Positions 13,001 to 24,200 of a stretch of 64,000 nucleotides of DNA are shown piece after piece. The notes beneath the pieces were generated by a model. The model saw only the letters and a list, made by a program, of their open reading frames with translations. It was not told the DNA's origin and did no database searches. The stretch is from Balanoglossus misakiensis (lineage: Eukaryota > Animalia > Hemichordata), in assembly GCA_040954595.2 (NCBI GenBank), contig CM082576.2, positions 1,772,760 through 1,836,759 on the forward strand, given 5' to 3'. How positions within the stretch are numbered: position 1 is the stretch's first letter; the number at the start of each line of letters is the position of its first letter. The position numbers and the translations under genes are program-made.

Positions 13001-16000
13001 AAAAATTCCTGGATTTTACAAGAGATTCATTACCTGTGATGTTCCTTGTTGTATCTGTATACACCGCCTCTTCTGAGAGATCGATGCCATTGACAAAATA
13101 ATCCTGCAGGTCCACATTGCCCATCACAGTCACATCTTGAGTGAATGTTTTTTCACCAGATACAACATACTCATCATCAAGTCTGCAAGAAAAGCAACAT
13201 GCAATTCTTATAGGGGAAAAAGTTTCATTAGAATGAAGAGATGAGATTGTGGAGAAATAATTTGGTGGCTTGGAAACCCCTCAAAACCCCTAAGAAATTA
13301 ACTGAAAGACTCTACAACAAGATTAGTTGAATCATTCGCTTGACAATAGTTACGATGTAGTGTACCTGAGTGGCGCGCAATTGTCTCACTTTCTAATGGG
13401 AGCTAACATTTGCTCCAAATCAAGTGTTCTTTGAGCAGAAATAGTAACTGAAAGACTGTTTTAGCCCATTTAAAGTTGCTATGGTTTTCCGTGCACTGAA
13501 GAAATCAAGGCTGGATCAAGACCACAAATCAACCCATATGGATTGTCGTCCAACCACACCCAAATCTTGGGATAATTCACACACTATTCTATTGCAGGCA
13601 GGACAACCTCTGTACTCGCCTTACAGCTTCATTGTCCAGCTCCTCCAAATCAACACCATTGACATCAATCACATAAAGATTTTCTGTCGATAGAGTTCCT
13701 TCTACTGTCAAGTTTGTGAAAGTCTTGGTTCCAGTAATATTTTGGACAGAGTCGAGTGTTACAGCACCTGTAAAAAGATCACATACAAACTCATTTTACC
13801 AAGTACATGGAACGATGAAAAAAGGCAGAATAGTTAATAGTTCCTGGCCATGACTGTAATGTACTACGCGTACGTGTTGTGTGTGTGCATACACAGTGAC
13901 AGACACTGTTGGTTACTCGGTGTCTAAACTAGAAGTGAAGCTTTATTGCCTTAGATAAATGATATAACAGGATGTACTGTTATCACAGATGGAATGTGAA
14001 TGGCTTCATGTAGAGACATTGACGGTTTGTTGTCATAGCCAACAGAGTAGTTACGACACTACAATGACAATGTCAATGACTGTTCAACTACTTTTTCTCG
14101 TAAATCAACAATTGAAATGTGGTTGGTGATTCTTCAGGAAAAGGAGTAAAACTGATGGACTAGATGTACATATAAAGATCAAATATGTATGAATCATTTA
14201 AAGGGTTGAGATACCTTGTAAAATGCCCTCCAAGTTGGACAAACTAGTCTCATGTTGGTTCAGCTTGGCAAGAAGCTGTGAAGTTGGAATGTCTGACCCA
14301 ACATCAGAAGTTTCCTGTGCTGTATCTATATTGAGGTCACCTGGGAATTAAAAAATGGGAAACTAAACATTAAAGACAAAAAAATTTCAGCAGTTTCAGT
14401 CCACACACAAGGTACAAAACTAGCTTTAAAAGTACCATAGGAACTCAGGAAAATTTAACAAACTCCATTAGAATGCTTTTCTGTCTGTCAGACAAAATAC
14501 AGTAAAACACTTTATTTTTTCGAGTTAAATTTTTCGCGATATCGAGAGAGGCCACCGTTTCGCGAGTATTAATTTTCGCGTTATTTCATTCACTGCATCG
14601 TTATCTTCAAAAACAATTTACGCGACTTTTTATTTTCACGCTATTTTGGCTCTCGCGTATTTGGCGAAAATTAATTGCTCGCGAAAATAAAGTGTTTTAC
14701 AGTATACAAAAGTTTAATTCCCTTACCTTCCACTACTATGGTGGTTACGAATAAAGTCCCAGATATTGTAACATTTGAAGTGAAATTTTTCGCACCAGCT
14801 ATGGTTTGATTTCCATCAAGTGTTACAGCATCATCCAATGATAATTGTGCAGTTGCCAATGCAGATTCATGTTCAGTTAAGTTTTCCTAGATTATCAAGA
14901 GGGAGAAACGGTGGTCATATTCAGCAAGATCCATATACAGTACACCTATACATGTCAACATGCATTTTTCTAAAACGATGATAAGGAATATTTACAGATT
15001 AAAAAGGTGTCAAGTAACTTTACTAGTAGAAGCACACATCTTGTGTACTTTGTCATTTGTTCTTGTGTACGACTAGTTCGTTAGCATGTTCTTCAGCACC
15101 TACAATTGGGAATTTAACCCCTATTGGTCATCCAAACAAAGCCTTACCTTCAGATCAGCAATTTCTCCAGCTAGTTTAGTATACGCCACATTCACAGGAT
15201 TATCAATTTCTTCTAAGGTTACATCCAACTTATCAATGTAGTTTTCATTTCCACCATTGATGTTGGTTTTGGCCAAAAATAGATCACCATTGTCCAGTCT
15301 AAATGATGTCAATCCTCCACAATGACCACCATCAGAATCCACTGAAAATGCATTAGACAATTTGATTATTAGGTTTTCTGTCATAAAAGACTTCAGGTAT
15401 AGTGGACTGTAGTTTCTGAACAGCACTTATTTTTGTGTGGCTGACGCTTGAAGTTGGAAAGAAAATCAGTTATTCTTTTGTTTAGGATTACAAGGCTTAC
15501 ATGCATATTAAAAAAATTCTACAAGTTATAGAGGCACAAAACAAATGAACTTTTAGTAGGACAGTTTCAAAGTACTTTCAACGCAAGGAAATATGTGCAT
15601 GAGGTGTATACACATATCATATTTTTTTTTAATATGTTCACAGTAGAAAACCTACCCGATTCATCAACATTGACAAACTTATTTTTCTGGGGTTTGTAGG
15701 TGTACATTTTAATATTGTCAACAGCAGCTGTGTGTGTTCCTTCCACAAGGAGAACTTCTTTCCTGCATGTACCGACTGGAACTGCGTGCCAACATGCCGG
15801 TGATGGGTCGGAAATTTCTTGAAACTCCACAAAATTCAAACCTACAGAATAGTAATACAAACAAACAATTCTAGTTGAAATTGCATGGACATGACTACTG
15901 CCAGTATGAAACTACAGGCTGTGAAATTACATTTACGCACTCTTGACAACGTTCTCCACTGAGGCTCAAACTGTCCACATTTGTATTGCCTTGCCTTCAA

Positions 16001-18640
16001 AAACTTGTGTACTGAGCAATGCAGCGAAGTATTTTCCATGTACCCATTAACCCATTAATGCCTATAAGATTACAGTATTTCTCCAAGTATGTGTGCAAAA
16101 AACTTACCATCCCATTTATAAATTACTGAAGTACCAGCATTAAAATTGGAGACAATCAGATAATGTTCAAAGCCAATATTGAAATATTCCCAATCAAAAG
16201 CTCCGTCAGTTTGGATCCTATAGCAAGAACAAAAAAAATACATACTAGGGTAAATGAAAGTACGTCCACAATTAAATGTGCATTGCCATTGAACGGATAG
16301 GGACATGTTTACAGAAATACACAGAAATGCAGACACTCGTTTGCTTTACATCAGGCAAATGAGCTTGGAGAGTTAAGACTTATTATTTACTGACCTTTGA
16401 TAACTTCTGAACATTCCAAAATTAGTATCAAACTTATAGATCATAGACTCTAGAAGCTTGTTGTTATCGTCATCCATATGATTAGCGACAGCGAGATACA
16501 TGCGTTTGTTGATTTCAAAAAGTTCCACATCCTTGGCACCTATAGTTGTAATGTCTTGCAAGTGAATGAACTGTTGACCTGAAAAGTCAAACATCAAGAA
16601 TTATCAAACTGACAGGACTTGGATGTTACCTCAAGGAATGGCTGTACTTTGTACACTATTTGTATTTGTGGTATATGTTAATTTAGATGATGGTAAAGTG
16701 TGCTTGCTTAAAGACAAATTACAAGAAGACTTTTCTCAAATCTTCAGTAGATTTGAATCTTGGAATGAAATGTTTGTCCAGTACTTCTAATGCAACTTCT
16801 GGTTACCTTCCATGGAGGAGTTTAAAAATTAAGAAGTTCTGACTTACAGATGGAAAATAGTTTACAACATTGTACATAATGCATTAATTTTGATGTTTAC
16901 TTACTTTTGGCATGCCATTTGTAAACTGTTGAAGAACATCGCTTGTTTCCCCTTCCATCTTCGTTAACAGCTATCACTAGGTATGAGCTAGACAACATGC
17001 TAAAACATCCAACATGTTTAGCAGCTCCATCATCAATGCTCTGAACTTCGGTCTATAAAAAAAATCGAAGTAGTAAGGAATTGTGTTTAGGCTTCTAGCA
17101 CGCCATTTACAACTGCATGATGACACATGTGAAATATGCTAATGAGCGCCCAAAAGGCCAGGGGATGCATTGAGAGTAGTACCCCTGCTCAAAATAAATT
17201 TAACATACAGTGCAGATGGGACTAGAACAAACAATGTAGCAATGAATACCTACCAATGTCATATCAGAATTGACTCTGTAAATCTTCACAGGATTGTCCA
17301 CTTCCACAGTTATCAAGTAGGTTTGTTTCTCCATCAAGCCATTAATTCTGCTCTCAATAGTGAAAGATTCCACATCTCTGATGCCTACAGTGAAACCAAA
17401 CAGAATTTTTTTCTTTGTACTTTCCATTTATCTGTAACTTAATTAGCACAAACCAGTTTACATTGGCAGTTTAAGCTAGCAGGTGCAATTATGGCTACAT
17501 ATTTCTTTGATGCGTTAGATTGAACATTATAACAAGTTTTTTCTCTCTTTAATCTCAGTCTGAAAAAGGGACCGTGAATAAGTGACAGGATAGATTTTAA
17601 TTCAGGAATAAACACTGCCTTCAATCAATGGCTGAAATGATCAATGGAGTGATCAGGCCAGATAATGTTTACCTGCAGATCCACCAAAAGCAGTTGTCAA
17701 TTCAAACTGATTTGTAGAGTCGCTGTACACATACAATGCAGATTCTCCACTGGTTGTAGACGCCAAAGCCAAAACATGCGAGTTGTTGTGATAGAAATAT
17801 TCCCAGTCGGTGGCAGACGCAAAATTAAATGACTGGAAAGGAGCAACTCCAACAAGCTTCACTTCTGAAAATCAAAAATAGTGATACCATTTTTTTCTGT
17901 TCTGTCTACAATAATGTCTTTATAGATAATAAAAGTTCGAGACTGACCCAATTCCTTCAGAGTAAATTCTGCAACTTAATTGGAAATCATCAAGGGGCTG
18001 ACTATGTATTAAATCTAAAAATGATGTGAACTGTGTACTATGCAAACTCATCGACAAGTTTTTTCAAGATGTTCTGCTATATCAAAGCCTTACCTTCTCT
18101 ATTGCCAACTCCTGTGTCATACGTAAATGCATGTGGAAAACTTTCTGAACGAGTAGTTCTCCTTACACGTTGATGAGGAGTGTCGTACGACCTAAATCAC
18201 AAAAGTTAAGTTTTATGATACTAATAAAAATTAGGATTAAAATTAGGCCCCCTACTTATTAAACAGGCAATATTCAAAACCACTCCACGCCATTTCCCAG
18301 AAGATAATAACAAAAATTGCCCCCCCCCCCCCCCCCCCATAAAAAAAAATTAACTTGGGATCCCTGTCCGAGAGTACACTGTACATGGTGGCTTCAAAGT
18401 ATTTCTGATGAACACAGCAATTTACCTGTAATGTCCTTCCTGTACTTCAAGTGCTGCTCTTTCCAATCGTCTTGAAAAATCCCTCAACTGTTTTTCCAGT
18501 AAATGGTTTAGCTGTTCCTCTGTCTCAATTTCAATGTTGTTGGCAAAGTCCATACTGGGCAAACTGACCACAAGATTAACAAGGAATGCAGAGAACATGC
18601 ATATCCACATCAACTGTTGTCTGGCCATTCTGGTGTCCAT
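1015..18640 (-). CDS. Large secreted multi-exon protein (~42 exons, roughly 2,100 aa): signal peptide + propeptide, ~7 EAR/EPTP-like repeats, ~27 x ~42-aa beta-rich fibre-like repeats, ~7 EAR/EPTP-like repeats. Final coding exon (below 1015) unresolved
   Basis: ATG 18640 followed by hydrophobic MARQQLMWICMFSAFLVNLVVS. Exons join in frame through GT(GC)-AG sites. EAR-like motifs include QDITTIGAKDVELFEINKRMYLAVAN, QRIQTDGAFDWEYFNIGFEHYLIVSN...SVIYKWDG and FQSIETLGALD...YLAIAN. The central exons repeat QxITGxKTF...VxGDVxVxGxVDGVDL. Confidence 0.85.
6835..6907. repeat. Intronic inverted repeat/hairpin, probably the core of a truncated MITE
   Basis: gattttgaccagttca pairs with tgaactggtcaaaatc, and atatacgcac pairs with gtgcgtatat, around the loop gagcaatagcga. 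Confidence 0.7.
14500..14702. mobile_element. Tc1/mariner-type MITE (~200 bp) with TA flanks
   Basis: Ends read TA|cagtaaaacactttatttt ... aaaataaagtgttttacag|TA (TIR with 1 mismatch). The interior is CpG-rich with repeated ttttcgcg motifs, unlike the host intron. Confidence 0.8.
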
Positions 18641-21279
18641 GTGCTTGAGGCACTAAAATAAGAAAATGGTCGCATTTCAAAGAATGAAGTTCACTATTCA
18701 CATACACAAATTAGTCGTTGTCACCAGTAAAGTCACTTTATGTGAAAGCCTGCCAGCAGTGACCGACCTCTGCCCACAGTACGACATCGCACTCAAGTTT
18801 ACAATAAGAGAACACAATTCCAGTGCCACCCATTTTAGAATGCATCACATTTCGACCCTGTCAGCAACCTTTAAATGCTGTAAACTGAACATGCCCCAAA
18901 ATTTAGCAACAAGTCTTTTTCCCTGGTAGTCCCTGTCAAGTTAATCACAGACGCAAATAATTTAGCATTTTTCGCATTGGTTGGAGTGCAGTAAATGAGA
19001 CTAAAAACTAAAAAGACATTTCACCTTTACTCGTATTCCAGCTTACACGTATGACACCCCTTTTTTCTATGTCGAATTCAACCCGTCACACTTATAGGTT
19101 TTTGAATGATATGAACAAAATGAAGACACGTTGTCCGAGTACTTACCTATGACACTGGCTTGCTGTTGAAATGCTGTTTTAGCTTGAAATGGACTTGGAT
19201 TGTAGCCTGGACTGAGAAGAGAGATGTTTAGTGGCCTGGCTCTTCTGAAGGAGTGACTCGCAGCCTCTAAATGCCCGAGCTTTACCTAATATACTCGTCA
19301 TTATGCATACATGGTTTAGAATATGCATATGTGACAGAACACAAGAACCTATTGGAAGCGCTGTTTGCATATTAATGTGAATTACACCTGGAATGATATT
19401 TCTGTCGGCCTAGCCTGGGCTGAACGGCTGTCTGCTCTCCGCAAAGTTCGTTCACCGAATCGACCTTGCTACAGAACGCAGCAGACGACGTTTACCCTTG
19501 GGAGCCATTGAATTGCGCCACACTTCTTCTGAGTTCTTCGATTTCTCGTAGATGTAGTTCATGACATTTTCTACTTCAATGACTTACTTTAAATCGGACA
19601 AATCGACATCCTCTCCTACCTTACATGTAAAGCGTACTCACTCGATGTGAACGTGCGCTGATGCAGACGCCCGCTAGCTGTGACCCCCGAGCCCCGATGT
19701 CGATGTGAAGTCCTGGATACCGGAAGTTTTGTCTTTATAGAAAGGTTTTCATTTGTTTATTTTATAGCAAAATAAAACAAAAAAACATACGGTTGTCAAA
19801 CTGTCAAGAATCTTAGGAGCTTGGGCCGGGCGGGTGAATCTTGTGAAGATAGTTACTAAGTAGATAAAGTGTAGCAAAGTGAGAGCGGACAGCTGGGAGT
19901 TTCTCAGTCTCTGATTGGCTGAAAGTTTCGTATGGAAATTAACTGCGGGCTGTGTGATTGGCTGTTCACCAGAAAAGTCTTGGATGTCTTGTGCATCGCC
20001 GGCCGGATAGCTAGCGACAGTCCAAGCTCACGCTTCAAAGGGCCAGTCGCACTCATTGTTTTTATAGTACATTCGAATTTATATGTGGAATGCATTTATG
20101 ACTTTCCTATTCAATTATGAATCATGGTACGTGTAGTAGTAGTACACATAGCTGTGGTACGCAGCTGTACCGTTGGGGGTAGACGTTGAAGAGGGGGGGG
20201 GGGGTAGTCAAATTGTTCTTAAATGTTCCATATATATTCTTTCTCTAATTTCTCTGCAGACTCAAACTATATATATGTATATTAAAGCAGACTACAAGTT
20301 TGCTGTTCAAAAGTCATTTTTTTATTCATGTAAAATAACTTATAGTACATTTTGCAGCAAGAGTTGCACTTTAGACTCAAAATAGGGATTTGTCCGAAAC
20401 TGAGAATTTATTTTTATTGCACATGCTAAAGAAAATACACACTCCAGGTAATCTCCATCTTTCAAAAGACAAAGTCAGAAAAATTCTCTCAATTAAATAA
20501 AATATGCATGTCTGATATTAGGCACCACATGTCGGAATACATCCACTCCTGCACCTTGGACATCTAAATGATCATGCCAGAAATTTCCACAACTGAAGGT
20601 ATACAGAAAATTGTTAATAAGAGGCAGGAATCCCGTAAAATACGAGGTTTACTACATACAAGATACACTGTTCATGTATAGAAATCAAGAAAGAATAGTC
20701 AGTACCTTTGTTCATTGTCCGAGTTGAAATGACCTTTTTGATAATGTACATGACAAAACTCAAGCCTCTATTATACATTAAACTCTCTGAAGATTATTTA
20801 TCTTCCAAGTATTTTTTCCTCAATGGAGAACAGTAAACTTTGTGAGAAGTAATATTTTTTCCCAAATCACCAAATTTACATTACTTCTTAATATTCATAT
20901 CGGTAATTCATAAAGGACAATTGTTTTTGTCCAGACAAATAAATTCATCATTACATTTGAAATGATGTCACAAATTCATGAAATTTACCATTCTGCTTAT
21001 TCTTACATTCTGAATATTAAAGTCACTTTTTATACACAATAAACTTCGCAAAAAAAAGAAGAAAAAGAAACAGAGGATATGTCATACAATCCTATACATG
21101 ACCATATTTACTATCAACCAGCTTTTCTCAGCGAAACAGCAGTGTTCAATTTGATTACACTACATAAATTAGAAATAATTCGAAGTAATTAAAGAGTAAT
21201 GCTTTATAAGTCAAGAGAGAGCTGCAATTCTTTTTTCATTGCAGACAATATATTATATCTGACCATCTGTGGTCTGCAG

Positions 21280-24200
21280 TCAGCCTTTCAGTTTATTCCA
21301 ATCAACACCGAAGAAGAATGGATGTGATTTGATGTCTTCGACTCCTGAGATTCCTGCTCCAAGACGTTCATTGATGTTGCACTGCAGTAACTACAAAATA
21401 GAAGACAAAACTGAACAATTTGCTGCAATGATGCATTCTAAATCTGATTTTATCATAAAGTAAATCGTACTGATTTTGGAGGAAATTTCAATTTTGCTTG
21501 TGCTGGATAAATTTGATTTAGTAGCTTCTATGACTTTACCTGTGTAAGCAGAGACCTTGCTTCAGGTGATACATGGTCTGGGATGGTGAGTTGTGTGTGT
21601 GAGTTGATACCACTGGGATGACATGTGTACAAAGCCTGCATCCAAATATCAACAAGAAATTAAATGTTCATTATCAGCAGTCATTATATCAATCTAATTA
21701 AACAGTGGTGCTTTATAGGTCAAGAGATAGCTGCATTTCTTTTTTACAAGTAAAACCATTAAACCCTTTCACCCCCAGTTCCCTCTTTGGAGATCCAACC
21801 TTACCATAGAAAACCATGGGTTTGGACTGAACCATGGTGGTGAGAGGGTTAAACACTCACCTTTCCTGTCAACATTTCAAAGAGAAGAGCACCAAGACTC
21901 CACCAATCACAAGCTGGAGTCAGTGTAAATATACTCTGTACTTCAGGTGCAGCATACATGTACTCAACAGCCGTGAGATCACATGATGGTTCTACCCATT
22001 TCCATTCGCTGAAATACGTCAGTCTAATGTGACCTCTTTCACCAAGCAAAATGTTTTCTGGTCTTAGATCTCTGTAAAAACAAACATAAACCATCCCATG
22101 ATTCATTCTGATTTGTACCAGGGGAGATTCCTCACTGAAGTCTGATATGTCTCCCATGTGCAGACAAATGTACACTAATTTAACAAATTTTAACAACATA
22201 CTGTACAGATAATTCTCATTAATTTTTGACACAAATCAAAAGGATGACTTACCTGCACAAGATTCCTATGCTATGAAGCCTTGATAATGCTACAATAAGT
22301 TCAGCCGCCCACATTCTGACACAAGACTCTGGTAAAACAGCATGGCTTGCTGTCTTAGCTGCCATATCTAAATGTGTAAACAGTGATGACAAAGATCTGC
22401 TTCTAAAGCTGTCTCCAGAACTAGATCTCTTTCTGGTTTTATCACTTTTGTTGGCATCATCTTTGGGGATATCATTAAAGTCGTTCTTTGATTTGTCAGA
22501 TTTGCTTTTACTTTGTTGCAGTGTCCTGTCACCACTTTTGTCGTTATTCCTCTTCTCTGAATTGCTGCTACTTTCTCTCTTCCCAGTAATCAAATTTTGC
22601 AGATTTGAAGACGATGCACGTGAAATGAGTTCCTTCAGTCCTTGTACCATACCCTCACCAATTCCCATTGGTCTTGGACTGCTGGATCTGGGTGGTTCTT
22701 TCTCACCGTCTGGACTCAGATCAGATTTGAGAGTTCCATTGACAGCATGGAGGGGACTTGAATGTGTTGAAGTGTGTGGGGTTGGCAGATCTTTGACAAT
22801 ATTCACTGATGTTTTATGTCCTTCATTGTCATCTTCTACACTAACCATGGTTGTTACTGGTGGTGGCGAGTTTGTTCTCATCTCCGCATCAAGATCGTCA
22901 TTGCTTTTGTTAAACGGGTTCACAATGATATTCAAATCTGTATTTTCACTCTGAGATTCGGACTCTGTTCCAGTCGGGGTCACCTCAGCTGATGATGTCA
23001 TCAGAGAATTGTCTTGGATATCTGTTGTGGAGTCCTCTAAATTTCCATCAATGCTGTGTGTCAAATTGTCTGTCAAAGAATCACTTCTATCTACAGTGGC
23101 ACCATTTGGTTCATGACTGTCATATTGGACAGTTTCAGTGGCTGAATCCTGTTCCTTTGTAATCTGTGTAGACTCCAATGCTACATCATCACTGTCTATT
23201 TTGTCCAGACATTCAATGTCCTTTATGACTTCTATTGCATCTGATATGACATCATCCTTGTGATCACTGAGATCATCGTCTGGAGTGATATCTGAATGGG
23301 AAGTGAATTGTTGAAGTTCCTGGTTAGAATTATGATCTTCTTCTTCCTCTGTTGTCATCTCAGCTTCAGAGTCTTCCTCTGTGACAGTTGTCATGAATGG
23401 ACTGTCTCCACTAATAATCTGTATGCCACTGTCTTGATCGGACGAAAAGCTGAACATACGAGGAGATTCTGTACTGTTCAGTTCACTGGGACTTTCCATG
23501 CTGTCTATACTGAAGAGGTTAATCGGTGGTTGTTTGTCTTTGATAACATCAGACACAGCAGAGAAGTCAATGTCATGAGTTGGCCGAGTGTCCAGGGTTG
23601 GTTTGTCTGGGGATGAAGGGATAACTATATCTGTATCATCATCAAACAACTCATTATCATACTGGCCACTTGCTCTCATCAGATCCATGATAGGATCCGG
23701 TGTTTCATCCAGGTCTTCAAAATCCACATCAAATTCAACTCGTTTGTTCTTGGCCTGTATAACATCTTTGTCATGTGACTGTCCATAGTTTTTGTCTTCA
23801 TCATCAACATCTTGCTTTCCAGGGTCTAGTTGATTGATGTCTGGATTGTCAGCACTGTGTGAATATTCTTGGAACAAATCCAAGTAACTACTGACAGGTT
23901 CTGATGGTGCCATTAAATCTGGATCAGAGACAGAGCTCTCCCCATTCGACTTCTCCCCCTTCACTTTATTATGATTATCTTCTGGAATTGCATGCAAAGT
24001 TTCGGATAATTCCAGTTCTACACCGTCACTTCCACCTCCCTGTGAGTTGTCAGACTTCAAAGAACTTTTGGCAGGACTTTCAAAGACATTGTTGTCTCCA
24101 GCAGTATCCATAGAAACCTTTAAATCTTTACTGCCAGTGCTTGTTGAACTGTTGCACCTCGACAGTCGCGACCCTTTACTTCCTATACTTCTTTCCAGAC

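Noticed and set aside
4037-14887. Prophage or bacterial contamination suggested by tail-fibre-like peptides
   Set aside because: The repeats are split by about 25 spliceosomal introns, are in frame with eukaryotic EAR repeats and a signal peptide, and no other phage genes are present.
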